Positions 30,407-46,088 of a DNA stretch of 64,000 bases are shown here, piece by piece. A program made the position numbers and the translations under genes. The notes under the pieces are model-generated. The model did no database searches. It was not told where the DNA came from and saw nothing but the letters and a program-made list of their open reading frames with translations. Location: assembly GCF_009914755.1 (NCBI RefSeq), contig NC_060931.1; one strand, given 5' to 3'. The stretch's first letter is position 1. The number at the start of each line of letters is the position of its first letter. Source of the DNA: the human T2T-CHM13v2.0 reference genome, Homo sapiens.

Positions 30407-31672
30407 TATTTTGTGTTTAATTTCTAAGTTTTATCTGGGTTCCAGAAAATTGAGATTGTTGGATAACCAATCTTTCAATAAGGAGTCCATGCTTCTTGAT
30501 TAATTCCTTTCATCCTGTTGGTATGATACACATGTCAGATTGCACACAGCTTTAAGGCCATGAATGGTTCCTCTATCTTGATCAGTTCCTGCTTCCCCAG
30601 GTCATGCTGTGTATACCTAAGACTCTCAGCGATGTGGTCCCATTGCTTACAGTTCGCTCTGCCCTCCTAGCCAGTGCAACTCCAGACAGCTCTCTGTTCT
30701 CCAGAGAAAGCAAATGGGGCACACAAAAACTGTCAGCCATGTATTCCAGCTCCACAAGAGTCATCAGAAACATCCTGGACTTTTTATGCCCAAAACTGGA
30801 CAGTAGAGAATTATCTTTGGTGCCTGTAGCTGACATGTTTTGTGTCATGTGGCTCTCCCCACCAGAAGAGGGGAAATGGGTGAAGTGTGGACTACTCCAT
30901 TAACATATCTGACTGCAGACCATTTGGCTCCTGCATCCCTTCTGAGCACTCTGAGTATGATCTAACTGGTGAGAAAGTACACTGAGCAATTCCAGGGTTT
31001 GGTGCAGAGTTCCAAGTCCTAAAACACCAAGGCTGGATGGAACGCTCAATTCTAAAGAATCTCTGAGAACCACACATTAAAATCAGAGATTCAGTAAATA
31101 ATTCCCTCAGGACAGTCATCCTCAGTTTCCTGCATACTCATTATTCACTATTCATTTTTATTTCCCTTTCTTAAAGTGCTTTGGACTGTTCTTTAAAATG
31201 ATATTACTCTAAAGTTTTTTCCAGAGACTGCATTCAAGCCTCAGATAACAACATTTGTATACATTTTCTTCAGTAGCTGTTACTCCAGTAAAGAAGGGCT
31301 GAATCTAAATCTTCAAGAGAAATTTGAATTTTCCAAGTAAGTTATGTCCTGAGATTGAGTGACTTTTAACAGTTTAGGAGGAAGAAAAACGTTTCTAATT
31401 AATTTTCAGCTGGTTAGTCCCTGCTTCCAGCTCTCTCATGGTTTTCTCAGGAGAGTCTTACATAAAAGGTAGAAACAACCTACCACATGTTTGATTGCCT
31501 TGGGCTGCTTCTAATCCAGAAAATTGTTGTTTATGTACTCAATTGTATGCTATAGTAATCCCATCTGGAGTGCTATTGCTTGAATAATTTAAAAGTACCA
31601 ATGATGTCAAGTGTCAAGTTTTTTAAGTATTTAGCTTAAAAGGTCTTTTATTTCTGCTAACAGCTGCTCTTC

Positions 31673-32210
31673 TGCATCAAGGATCTCCAAGACCATCCCC
31701 AGGTTGGAGGATTTGCTAAGAGGAATCACAGGACTCAGTGTACAGTCATCTGCATGGGTATGATTTATTTCAGCAAAACAACACAAAGCAAAACCAGTAA
31801 AGAGAAAATACACTGGGGTGATGTCTCAAGGAAACTAGGCACAAGCATCTAAGAGTCCTCTCCCAGTGGCATCACACAGGACACACTTGATTTCTCCAGC
31901 ATCAAGTTGTGACAACACATGTGAAGATCTACCAACCAAGAAGGCCAAGCGCCCAGAGTTTTTGTTGGAGGATGGTCACATAGGCACCCTTTGCCTAACA
32001 TATACTAAAATACCAGACTTCCAGAGGAAGGCTGGTGTACAGCATCAACCACACTGTTTGCACAGACACTTCAGGCCACTTTTACCAGTTAAGGAATTGT
32101 GGGAACCCTCCCTACATCTGAGTTCCCAGATGCCAGCCCAGGGCTAACCTTGCAAGCAGGCATTTCCTAAGGACAGCGATCTTAGGTCTGTAATTAAATC
32201 TGTTCTGCAC
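31673..32210 (-). mobile_element. MER21-family LTR
   Basis: ccaagaccatccccaggtt...cacaggactcag...agttcccagatgccagcccagggctaaccttgcaagcagg...ttctgcac. Confidence 0.85.
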
Positions 32211-32443
32211 CTCTTCTCTACACTCCAGCTGTGGCTTGTCTACATGCTAACCCCATTGAATTAACAAATTTCATTCTTTCTTTCTCAAGAGCAGACTGAG
32301 CAGATGCACTTTAAAGGACCTCTTTATAGCCTTGGCTGTGTATTCATGGCAAGACCCACACGGCTTCTTTCAGGAATGAAACGATGTTTTGTTGGGACAT
32401 ATGTGTAGTTGGACTGAGGGAGCTGGTGTGGAAACCTTTCTAG

Positions 32444-32858
<415 letters not shown>

Positions 32859-34288
32859 TAAAAAACATATTTTCTTTTATACAATGTTCCTAAAATGTTG
32901 TTTCAACATGTAACCAATGAGAATATATTAATGAGACATTCCAGTTTAAAATGTCAATAGTACTTCAAGATTGAGAAACTTTGGTTTAGATACTGGTTGC
33001 ATCACTAACCAAATATATGGCTTTGAGCTTACCCTTCTGAATATCACTCAATATTCCCACATAAAAATGGGGAGAATAATACTTATGTCACAGTGGTAAT
33101 ACCTAAAACTTTTTGAAAGTACTCACAATGGGCCAGGCACAGGAAACCAAAATAAGGAGACTGAAGTTCAGAAAGGTTGGTGAACTCAAGTTTTACCACT
33201 AGTGAGTGGCTGAGCAGGATTAGAAACTAGTCCAAATATGATCCTTTACATGCCTCTGAGCCTCCAGCTTGAGGGGTGTATGGCTCCCTTGACCATTCAG
33301 TTGGAGGGGTCACTTGCACTTCCATGGCCTCCTTGCACAGAGCTGATCAGAATTACGCAGATCATTGACAACAACTTGCTCATCTGGATAAAGTGTCAAA
33401 AAGGGTGGTAGCCAGGAGGAAAGAATGTGATAGAATTGATGCCCAAATATCTCCAGAGTGCTGTGATGCATTACAATCAGTAGTTAATAGACTTACTGGA
33501 TGTAAATGGAGAATCTAATGTCACTTCCAGGAACAAAAACCCTGACTCCAGCTTTCCAGAAACACCGGGTGTTTAAGAGTCCCAACACCACTGCTGCCAA
33601 AAGTTACAGCTAAAGTGCTTTAGCTGGAAGCTTCTTACTTAGATAGATTTCTTTAACAGAAAACAATGGCTCTGTATACACAAACGCCAAAGGTCCTGTC
33701 TTTTTCTTTTACAGATATGTATTTCCAATGCTTTTCTCTCTTCAAACCTACAACACTTATTTCATATCTCAAAAAGATTTTATGAACAAAAGTATAAAAT
33801 TCTAATTTACATGTCAGATATGGTTCTAATTCTGGACAAACTGTCCTATTTCCCTGGATCTAGGAGTCCATATTTACAGGCAATGACATTCTCTGCTATA
33901 AATAATCGTAACAGCAGCCATTTCTTACAGGTGTATTATGCCCACATGCTTGACATGTGCCATCATTTTCATCTTACTGTTGAGGAAACTGAGGCTCAGA
34001 GAGGTCTAATGACTTGCCCAATACTACAGAGATAGAAAGTGACTAAGTTTGAAACAGGGGCTCTTGAAATCTGAAGTCTGACCTCATGCTGCTACACCAC
34101 AGCAATGACAACTGTGATGCAAATCCAGGGAACTAGCCTAACAGATTCAAGGAAGTAAAGGAAATTTTAGAAGCAAGATGAGCAATATCATCTTTTGGTT
34201 ACTTAGTAGGAGGCAAGGGGTGGTTGGTAAGAGGAGCGGGGAATTTGGAGTCAAGTTAGACTTGAATCTCATGTTCAAGGGTCTAAAC

Positions 34289-34514
34289 CAAGGTTTCTCA
34301 ATCTTAGCACTGTTGACATTTTGGGACAGATAATTTTTGTCAGGGAGTGCAGCATTGTATGCGTTGTAGGGTGTTTAGCAGCGTCCCAATAGATGTTGTT
34401 AGCATCTCCCCAGCCCACCCCAACCTCCAACTGAGATGACCAAAACTGTACTCAACATTGCCCAGTGTCCCCAGAGAACAAAAATGGCCCTTTGCCCCAG
34501 GTAGAGAAATAATG
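34289..34514. mobile_element. MER20
   Basis: caaggtttctcaatcttagcactgttgacattttgggacagataatt...gtttagcagcgtccc. Confidence 0.8.
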
Positions 34515-36278
34515 ATTTAAGCCAGGTCTTTCAGGCTCCAAAGTCCATAGTTATTCTACTACATCATGTTATCATCCATACATATGTATTTTCAAATCAC
34601 TATGTTGTTTTTCTTCCTCACTTTATATAATTTCATATTTATTTGTATGATCATTCCATCTGTCTCCCCAACCTATATCACCATATTCAAATGCCAAGGT
34701 TTTTGCTAACTTTTTTTCCTCAGGACTTAGTAAAGAGCTTGGCACATAGTAAGTGCTCAATAAATGTTTGTTAAATGGCTAGAGGTAGGGAAGGAAGAAA
34801 GCAAGCTTTTCCTGTACTTGTATTTCTGTACCTTGGCAGTCAGTAGATAGTCTTATACGCCCAACACTGTCAGTGACTGTTCATCGGGTGTGTGTTTTCT
34901 CCTTGACCAGATTATAAGAACTGATGGGCAGGGACATACACTGCAGGATGTTTGGATCCCATGGCTTCCAGCACCATGCTCAGCACAAGGGAGACACGCA
35001 ACACATAGCTATTACACCAGAGGAGTGTAATGGCCCTGGGGGTTTGCAACCTTTCAGAGGAAAAGGACGATTAAGATGTTTAGGGAATGCAGGAATGGGA
35101 ATATGGATGGAGAATTACCTTCCTTCAGATATTTTAAAAGCCAAGCTGCCATCTACTAAGTTGTTTTTTTCCCAATTTATACTGTCATCACACTATTTGA
35201 GAGTTCCCATTTCTCTGCACTCTGGAGCTGACCTCATTTACTGATAGTTTTTGGAGCATTGCTTAGGGGATAATTGGGGGTGCCAGTAGTCTTATGAAAA
35301 TGTCATCGTTATTTCTCCAGGCTTCGCAATCCTGGGGTTAAAACTGGATCACCAGTCAGTCAGGAAACAGAATTTCTCTGACTCTCCCACAGTACACAAA
35401 TGCTAGCTTTTTGGCACCCCTCAAAGTTCCTTTTAATGAATTCTGGGTGTTTCACAGGTGTTTATAGCAAAGGCCTCTTGGTTACTGGTGGTATCACCAT
35501 TTTCCTCTCTTGCTGTGTCTCATGTCACCACTGGGGCCACCAACACTCATCCCTGTCTGTGTCATAGCTATTGGTGCAAATTATGTCATAATTGATGACT
35601 CTTATGCCATCAACATCTTACAGAGATTTTAATGAAACAGCTCCTTCAAATTTTTATCAATAAACGCTTGCTAATGAAATTTCAAATCTAAAAGAAGAAC
35701 ATAGACTACAATTTTCATTGCTTCCTTACAAGGTTTTTATGTGCCAATATTTACCTCTATACATACATAACTCTAATAAATTCTATTCTCCACATAGTCC
35801 AGTCTCTAAACAAAATTAAATTTAAAGAAATATAGTCTATGCATGAAATGCTCATTAAAAAGCATTTCCAACCCCTGTACTGACCTTTTGAAAACCCTTA
35901 AAGGTGCCCCAATTCACACCACACACTCCACTTTTCAAGCTGCTCTAGGGATCTCGCATGCTAAATTACAAAACTCTTCTCAAGCCTCAGTTTGTACCTG
36001 TCTTTCTCCTCTCTCTTCTCCCTAATTTTCGGCTCTGTACTGGGTAGACTAGCTTGGCCTCTCAGTAAATCCTCCCTACTTTCAGGCACATCCTTTTATA
36101 TGCTTTGTCTCAATTCAGTATCTAAAAGCAGGGTGGGAGGAGCAAAGACTCACTTTAGTGTGTAGAGGGAGGATAAGGAGGAGAGGAAAGGCAGGAATAA
36201 TTACATATCAATTAATCTTACTCTGTCTACCTCCCACACATTTTTATTTTTGTGTTTTTAATATATATGGGATCTGAC

Positions 36279-36640
<362 letters not shown>

Positions 36641-36667
36641 TTATACTTAATGTTAAATTATAGCTAC

Positions 36668-37175
36668 TGTATTAGTTATCCATTGCTGCAGAAAAATTAC
36701 CCAAAAACTTAGGGGTTTAAAGCAACCAACATTCATTATCTCACAGTTTCTGTGGATAAGTTTCACATATAACTCACTTAGGTGACCTGGCTCAAAGTCT
36801 CTCATGGGACTGCAGGCAAGCTGTTGGCTGAGGCTGTGGTCTCATCTGAATGCTTGACTGGGAGCGAGAGAATCTTCTCCTAAGCTCACTCACGTGGCTG
36901 TTGCCAGGCCTCAGGCCTTTGCTACCCAGGCCTCCCCACAGAGTTGTCTCGGGACATGGCAACTGGCTTCCTCCAGGGTAAGTGATCCGAGAGAGTGCAA
37001 GAGAGTGAGAGTACACTCAAGATGGAAACCAAATCCTTTTAATGACCTAATCATGGAAGTGACATCTCATCACTTCTGTTCAAGAAGAGAGCCAGTAAGT
37101 CCAGCCCACACTCAAGGAAAGGCAGTTACACAAGGGCATAAACGTCAATGAGCAGGAATCACTGGGTGCTGTCCA
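36668..37175 (-). mobile_element. MLT1 (MaLR) LTR
   Basis: tgtattagttatccattgctgc...ttatctcacagtttctgtgg...ggaagtgacatctcatcacttctg...agtccagcccacactcaagg. Confidence 0.8.
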
Positions 37176-37519
37176 ACACTGCTATGACACATACACAGCA
37201 TACCTCATTCTTTCTAACTGCAGCACAGCATTCCAAAATTTGAACGGACTATAATTTTTAAAATATCAGCCATGATTTCTGGGGTTTTTTAATTTTGTCT
37301 TCACTTTCTGCCTTTTGTTTGATGACTTCTACTTTTTTCTTCAGTATTTTAGAATTTATACATTATATTTATATTGGTTAATATTAATTCTTAAGATTTT
37401 TTGGTCAGCATTTTTACCTTGCTGCCTGCTCTGAGAATAAGAAAAGACTCTTTACATGCTTTTACTCCCCACCTACATCTTCATTTTCTTAAAATCATCT
37501 GAACTCTTAACTCTAGATT

Positions 37520-37848
37520 TGTGCTGTCCAGTACGATAGGTCCAGACACTTGTGGCTGTGGAGCACTTGAAATGTGGCTAGACTGCATTGAGATGTGCTG
37601 TAAGAATAAAATATACACCAGATTTCAAAACCATAGTATGAAAAAAATGTAAAATCTATTGCTAATAATTCTTATACTGATATTTTGAAATGATAATATT
37701 TCTGATATATTGGGCTAAATAAAATACATTATTAACAGTAATTTTACCTGTTTCTTTTTACTGTTTTTAATATGGCTACTGGAAAATTTTAAATTACATA
37801 AATGGCCCGTATTTATGGGTTGCATTATATTTTTCTTGAACAGTACTA
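37520..37848. mobile_element. MER33
   Basis: gtgctgtccagtac...gagcacttgaaatgtggctag...tggctactggaaaattttaaattacata. Confidence 0.8.
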
Positions 37849-38910
37849 CTGTGGATTGTGATAGCAGTTTTTATTTTTAACATAAGGCTTTTATTTTCTT
37901 AGGAATAATTCCTAACAATTGCCTTAAGGTTTTCATCCATATTATCAAGAATTATTTGGACTTAAATATAAGTTTTACTAGTATCTTTGTTCATTTTCCT
38001 TGTATCCTATGTCTTTCTCTTTCCTGGATTTATTTTTCATTTTGATACCTTCAATTTTGAGTAATTCTTAATGTAGAGTCTGTGAAGGATAAACTTTTCA
38101 AGTCCTTACATATCTGAAAATATCTTTATTTTTTTCTCATTCTTGATTTATATTTTGGCAGGGTAGTGCATTACTCCATTTTCTCTGACAATCTATTTTT
38201 GGTGATTCTGATTCAATATAGGTAATCTGTTCCTTTTTCCTGACTATAAGCTTTCAGGACTTTTTCCTTATTTTTGTAGTTCAGATTTTTTAGTAGGATG
38301 TTTCAATGACTAGTTATTTTTTCACTAATTCTGCTAGGTACTTAGTGAGCCCTTTTAAAACTGAACTCTTGTTTCTTCAGCTATGGGATTTAGAAAAGAA
38401 ATATTCTATTGATTGTTTTTACCTTTTCAACATCTCTTCATGACCTATGATAAAGTTATTAGAAACTTTAGATCTATCCTTCATAACTCATTTTTTTCTC
38501 TTATTTTCCATCATTTTGGGAGAACCCCTCAGCTCAGTCTTCCTCTGATTTGATTTTCAACTGAGTCCATTCTTCTGTCCTGATGCTGATTAGATTTTGT
38601 TTGTCTTGTTTTGTCTCCTAGCTTTCATTTTCATTCTGTCAAAAGGGATTGGAAAGGAAGGGTAAGTCAATGCCCGCTCAGTCGGCCATTTTGAATTGCA
38701 TCTTCTAATTAATATTTGCTCTTTTATTGAATGTGTCTTGAACATTCATACCTATAAGGGCTTGGTGACAGAAACCAAGTGTGCCTACAACTCACCCTCC
38801 TCTCTGAGCTGGAGGACTATTCTTAGGTCAAGCTTGGGTACCTCAAATCTCTTCTCTTAGAATTAGCTATTTCTTAGGTGTATCTTCCATTTCTCATGCA
38901 GATCTTCTGA

Positions 38911-39282
<372 letters not shown>

Positions 39283-40408
39283 CAAGCTATTTTTTTATTG
39301 TGATAAAATGCATATACATACATTAAAGTTACCATTTTAACCATTTACAATGTACAGCCAATGTACAACCATGTATAATTCAGTGATGTTTAGTACAGTC
39401 ACAACTTTGTGCAAACATAGCAACCATGTAGCTCCAGAGCATTTTTATCACCCTAAATGGAAACCCAATTTTCAGGGCATGCTTAGACAAATAGAAAAAA
39501 AAAAAGAAAGGCTCTAATTTACAAGTGCCTGCAAATTGGGGGGCAGGGGTGGTTTCTATAGTTGGAGAGAAGTTTTATGGTAACTGTAATCAACAAAGGG
39601 AATCCATAAATGGTCTCTTGTATATGTACTAAAAGCTTGCCCAAACTGTAACTAAGTATCATCCCTTAAAGATGACAGAAGGGCCTTGGGTATTATGCTA
39701 GAAACTAGCACTCAGTTCTATGGTGAGCTACAAACTCAGCCACCTGCAGGACTGAAACAAATGATCAACAGATGAAGTGCTGACAATGAAATGCAATGGC
39801 AATAAATTACACCTTGTAGTATTGATCACTGTATTATTAATATTCCATTAACTGAAGACTTTTCTACTTGACCATTTTTCCTTGAATTCCAATGGCTACT
39901 TCCAGTTTAATGTAAATATGTGAGTGAGACTTGGTTTTGTAAGTTAGTATCAAAAATAACAACTGCAACTATGTTAAAGCCTAGAGTGAGTATATATAAT
40001 TTCTTTTCTAATCCTTGGACTCAAAAAAAAAAAAAGCATCCAGCCACCTAAGGGCACACATGTGTCATCCTTCCCACTTACTATCTGTCATCATTTAAAA
40101 TAAGTTTCATCAAGCATCTTTCAGAGTTTTTACACAATAAACCTGTGGGGACAGGCAGCACTGTATTACTGACCCTGATTCACAGGGGATATGTCATTTA
40201 GGAGGCTTTTGGCTGCAAGTAATAGAAAACCCAATTTAAGCAATAAGGAACATTGTTTATCTCACAAAATAATTGCAAAGAAAGACAAAGCTGGTTTTTC
40301 CACATAAGGAGGAAGTTAATTAAAATCACTGACTGACAAGACAGAATTTACATATCTATCAGTTACCTACAACTTACAAAGACAATAAATAGGGCTAAAA
40401 GACAATGA

Positions 40409-40712
40409 GGCCAGGCATGGTGCCTCATGCCTGTAATCCCAGAACTTCTGGTGGCCAAGTTGGACAAATCACTTGAGGTCAGGAGTTTGAAACCAGCCTC
40501 CCCAATGTGGCGAAACCTTGTCTCTACTAAAAATACAAAAATTAGCTGGGTGTGGTGGCGGGGCGTGCCTTTAATTCCAGACACTTAGGAGGCTGAGCCA
40601 CAGGAATCTATTGAACCCATGAAGCAGAGGTTGCAGTGAGCTGAGATCATGCCACTGCACTACAGCCTGGGTGACAGAGTGAGACTGTTTCAAAAAAAAA
40701 AAAAAAAAAAAA
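40409..40712 (+). mobile_element. AluS
   Basis: Full-length Alu; TSD gacaatga on both sides. Confidence 0.93.
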
Positions 40713-41474
40713 GGACAATGAACAAGGATTTGATCATTTGATCATTTAGAAGGATATGCCCTAGACAGTGTATAGTTTCTATTGAAATACAAATTTTTCT
40801 CCATCCCCAAAGATATCATGTAGTAGATATTTGTTTAGCCACTTAGAGATTTTTAAAAAAGAGAAAATATCCATTTTTAGAACTTTTTTTAATTCAAAAG
40901 ACAGGCTCATGTCTTGCAATTGCTGGGTCATAAATTCCAAGGAAAAATAAAAAGCTCTACAACCAAAGGGAGGATCAGCACTTCAGACTCAAAGGGACAT
41001 GGTTGTGGAGAACATGTCCGGGGTCAGAAGCTGGACAAGCTTGAGCCCAGCACGGTAGTGCTCTGAGCTTGGACAAAGCCCCCAAAACCAGATGGTGAAG
41101 CTAAGGTGAAAGTCAGGCTCCTGGTGCGCAGGTCTTAGAATCTGAGCAAAGCAGTTGGTGGAAGCCAAAATGGTCAGGGGGCCTCAGAGAGCACTCTGGG
41201 GCCCCAAATCAACCAAACAGGACATGTGCTGATGACCTCCAGAATGACAAGCCTTTTAAACAGCCATCCTTTTTCATCGTCAGCTCTAAAGAGGATGGGC
41301 TGGGTTTCATCTGCTCCCCTCTTCAGAGTCGCTCCCCACTGTTCCGCACTCTCCTTTGTGCCCAGGACTACATCTGTGGTTCCAGACTACTTGTATTGGA
41401 GTTGTGAGTTGAGCTAGGTGTTTTTTATTTGCTCGCTTTTTCCCCCGTGGAACATTATCTTTGCTTAAAAAGAC

Positions 41475-41968
41475 TACTGGCTGATAAACAATGGGTATTT
41501 GGTAGTATGTAACATATGGTTTAGAAGAAGAATATCCAAGGATCTAAAAAGGCTAATAAAATACTTCTCCTTTTCCAATTTCATGTTTGTGCAAAGCCAG
41601 ATTGTTTCCATATACTTTAATAGATGGTAACAAATTGAATGCAGAAACAGCTATAAAAATCCAGTTACTTTACATTGCATCAAATTTCTAAAAATGTAAA
41701 ACAATGTCACTCTTCTCAGTATTTTTTGTTGTTTTGGGAAATATAGTTATTGAACATAAAAATGTTGCTTATGTTAACATTGACTGACTTTGTTATTGGT
41801 TGTCTGCATATGCATTAGTAAACATTTAAAAATGTATTAGTTTTATGGTACAATATGGTAAATATCATAGAATTTACCCTACATGAGCAAAAAAAATGTT
41901 CTTTGGGGTCCTCAATAATTTTTAGAGTGTGAAGAGGTCCTGGAACAAAAACTTTGAGAACTACTAGT
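41475..41968 (+). mobile_element. Charlie1-type hAT transposon 3' fragment
   Basis: aaggctaataaaatacttctcc...aaaaatgtaaaacaatgtcactcttctc...ctttggggtcctcaataatttttagagtgt...tttgagaactact. Confidence 0.75.
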
Positions 41969-42148
41969 CTAACAAATAGAGAGACAAGTGGTTCTGAGTT
42001 GATAGCAAGCAGCATCATGTTACTTAGCCAGCGAGTGAGTCTGGCCTTTACCAGGAGCCCTAGCTCAAGGCAACCTTTGGAGTTTTTATTTAAATTGTAT
42101 CTGCACTATATTAAATTTAAGGATTTGAGACAGACTTGGGAAATTGGT

Positions 42149-42719
42149 TGTGATAGTTAATTTTATGTGTCAATTTGGCTGGGCCACGATGCCCAGATAT
42201 TTGGACAAACATTATTATTTATTTGTTATTTTTTTAAGGGACAGAGTCTCACTATGTTGCCCAGACTGGACTCAAACCACTGGGCTCAAGCAATCCTCCT
42301 GCCTTGGCCTCCCAAAGTGATGGGATTACAGGCATGAGGCACCGTGCCTGGCCTGGCCAAACATTATTCTGGATATATGTGTGAGGGTGTTTTTGTGGGT
42401 GGGATTAACATATAAATTGGTGAATTCTGAATAAAGCACATTATCCTCCAAAATGTAGGTGAACCTCATCCAATCAGTTGAAGGCTTTAATAACATGAAG
42501 GCTTGCCTCCAAATAAGAAGGAATTCTGCCAGCAGACGGCCTTCAGACATGAATTGCAACATCACCTCTTCCTGAGTCAGTTTGCTGGCCCACCCTACAG
42601 ATTTGGGATTTGCTAGCCTCCATAACTGTGTGAGTCAATCCCTTAAAATAAATCTATTTCTCCTGATATATACACACATCTAATTGGTTCTGTTCCTCTG
42701 GGGAACCCTGACTAATACA
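42149..42719 (+). mobile_element. MLT2 (ERVL) LTR containing a FLAM insertion at ~42217-42353
   Basis: tgtgatagttaattttatgtgtcaa...gaaccctgactaataca. Antisense Alu left monomer flanked by ggacaaacattatt / ggccaaacattatt. Confidence 0.88.
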
Positions 42720-42847
42720 TTAGTCTTCTCAAATATAAAGGATTTACAATAGCAGCCAATAAATCCTTGGTGAAGAAGCGATTAAAAAAAGGGGAGATAA
42801 ATTTTTTTAAAGTTGTACTAATAATGTTAATTAAAGTATAAAATGTT

Positions 42848-43189
<342 letters not shown>

Positions 43190-44491
43190 TTATATGAAAT
43201 CAGTCATGGTTCTGTATCTAAGGCTGTGCCTGGCAAAATCACAAAATAGTCAACTTGCCTTCCACAGTTTCTCCCGTTTCCTCCTCCCCAACATCCCTTT
43301 CAGAGGATTTCTCCAACCCCCAGGGTTTACGTTTCTAAATAGTGTCAGTTTCTTTAATTTTGAGAAACTATTTTCAAGTAAGGTGTTAATGAGTTTGCAC
43401 CTCCAAAACTAGATTTACATATTAAATGACATCTAAAGAGAAACAAGAATGTTTAGCCCAAAAGTACTGAATTTCTAATAGTGGGTGTTGAGAACTGTAG
43501 CATCTGAGTAGGGGGAGATATCTGGGGTAGAGGTCTTCCTGAGTCCCCTCAAGTTGAGCAAAATAGTTGACTACCTATCCCACTGGTACTTGCCGCCTCT
43601 TTACAAAACACTGTCATTGAAGCTGCATAGGCGTGGGAATCCTACCTTTGTATCTGGCATATTGGAAGAAATAATGTGCATGGCAGGTGGCTGTGAGTGG
43701 CATAGTGAAGAGTTCAGTGGAGCCCTTTGTGGAGTAAAGGGCTAGTGGCTGCTATCCTACATCAGCTCATGAGGCCAAGTCCTGTGCGGGTACTCTCATG
43801 AACCACCCAAGGGTCCAAATAATTTTTCCAGAGCAAGAAAATCAGAATTACAATCAGGGGTAAATATTTTTGTCTCTTCCTAATCCAAATACAGAATATT
43901 ATTTGTATCTGTGGATTTAATATTTGGAATAGTGAAGGGCCATGCATTATAGTGATTTGAAGTCAACCATACCGCCATATATAGGTAGTATGCTGCCATA
44001 GCACAGTAAGTGGGGTTCAATGATTTCAACGGTATAAAATGCGTGTTGAATGACTGCAAGATCAATAAAGTGACTGGAATAAGCCTATGCAGGGTGGCTT
44101 GGATTCTCTTGCTGCTTTATTCAAATCTGTTTCCACTCCTTGGATTTTAATAGATGTTGACTGGTAGCAATTCCACTCTAGCTTAAATATTAATGGTGAC
44201 AATTCTGGGTCCTGTGGCTGGCTGAGAACTCCAGGACAGAGGGAAGTTTCCAGAAATCTCCTCGTTAGTTGGCATGCATTCCACTGATCCAATTCAGGGA
44301 GTCTATGCTGGAAAATACTGGGAATACAGAGCCTTACTCAATGCCTTCTCCCTACCCAAGAAGGAGCCGTCTGCTGGAACTTCAGTTTGCTGACATTTGA
44401 CAAGTGGGTGGGTCAAGAGCCAATCAGCAATCAAACAGTATCCAAATTTCCATTATTATGGAATGTGTGTGTGTGTGTACATATATATAGC

Positions 44492-44579
44492 TTACTCTCT
44501 CTCTCTCTCTCTCTAGATATGGAGAAACATATATACATATATATGTTTCTCCATATCTAGAGAGAGAGAGAGAGAGTAA
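44492..44579. repeat. Near-perfect 88-bp palindrome
   Basis: ttac(tc)n tagatatggagaaacatatata - ca - tatatatgtttctccatatct(ag)n taa; arms differ by one dinucleotide unit. Confidence 0.95.
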
Positions 44580-44584
44580 TCTTT

Positions 44585-45700
44585 GAATAAATGAAGAGAT
44601 ATAAAAAAATACATTCCTGTATGGAAGACTAAATATTAAAGAAAAAAACAGTTATCCATATGTTGTTTCATAGCTTTAAGTATCCTAGTCTAAAATCCAA
44701 AGGGACTTTTTTTGTAACTCAAAAAAAAAAAATTCTAAAGTTGATCCAGAAGAGTAAAGAGACTAATATAGTCAAAATAATATTTGAAAAGGTTAAATAA
44801 TTATGGGAAAACATGCTTAGCAAAAATATAAACAAACAAAACTTCAAACAGACAAAAACCCTATGAAAAACCAAAAACCTATTTAAAAACTAAATTCTAA
44901 ATGAGAACTAACATACAAATCAAGAATCAGCATAGATAGCTAAGAAGCAAATTATAGCATATAAACTAATTCAATTTATTATAAAGGAGACATTATAAAT
45001 CAATTAAAAAGAGAAGAATCATCCAATTAATAAAAGGAAATTTAATCAAAGGTATTAGGAGAAAATAAATCAGCTTAGATTCTTGCCTTACAATATCATC
45101 CAAATAAATCCTACATGAATCAAAGAGCTAAATGTAAAGAAGAAAAATGAAATGAAATAAAAAACAAAATAAAAATAAAAAGCCACAACAATTAGAAGAA
45201 AATATATTGTTTCCAACAGCTAGATAAGAAAAGACTTTTTAAACCTAAAGTAAATGCAAAAAAAGTCACAAAAAATATGATTGGACAATCTTAATAGCTA
45301 TTATAAATAGTTATAAGGCAAACAAGTTACAAAAAATATTTAGGCCCAAATATGCAAAATTTTTCATAATATAGAAACATTTAATAGTAATCAATAACAA
45401 AAACTTATTTTATAGGAAACAAGTACTTTCATATCCTGTTGGCAGAACTGTAAATTTATTCAGCCTTCTTGGAAAGCTAATTAGGAATATGCATAAGAAA
45501 TATATAAAGTCTATGTTCTTTGACCCACTAATTCCATCTACATGAATCTATCTTAAGGTGATAATGATAAAATAAGGAAAGAAGTTATGACAGTATACAA
45601 AACTGTGTATAAAACTATGTACATACAATATAATCGAAACTATTCTAAATACACTTAGAAAAAAAAAAGACTGGAAGGAAATATACCACGAAAGATTGTT
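44585..45700 (+). mobile_element. Highly decayed L1M fragment(s)
   Basis: A-rich. L1 ORF2/3' remnants such as ctaaagttgatccagaagagtaaaga and ctttgacccactaattccatctacatgaatctatc. Confidence 0.55.
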
Positions 45701-45721
45701 CATCCAACAAGCTTTTATCGT

Positions 45722-46088
45722 TCAGATGGGCTCAACATTTGGGTCTCCCGCAAATTCCTGTGGTGAATCTCTAACCCCCAACGTGATGGTATTAGTGGGT
45801 GAGGCCTTTGCAAAGTAATCAAGTTTAGATGTGGTCCTGAGGGTGAAGCCCTCATGATAGAATTAGTACCCCTGTAAGAGATGAAAGCTCTCTCTCTCTC
45901 TTCACCATGTAAAGCCACAGCAAGAAGGTGGCCATCTGCAAGCCTGGAAGACAGCCTTCACCAGAACCAGACCCTATTGGCACTCTGATCTTGAACTTCT
46001 TGGCCTCCAGAACTGTGGGAAACAAATGCTTGTTGTTTACACCACAGTCTATGATATTTTATTACAGCAGCCCAAGCAGATGAAGACA
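45722..46088 (+). mobile_element. MLT1A-type MaLR LTR
   Basis: aacccccaacgtgatggtatt...acagcaagaaggtggccatctgcaagcc...gcctccagaactgtg...cagcagcccaagcagatgaagaca. Confidence 0.85.

Noticed and set aside
30582-31119. 75-99 aa ORFs next to the L1 5' end as a pseudogene
   Set aside because: No protein similarity I can recognise in any frame. TBLASTX would be needed to exclude it fully.
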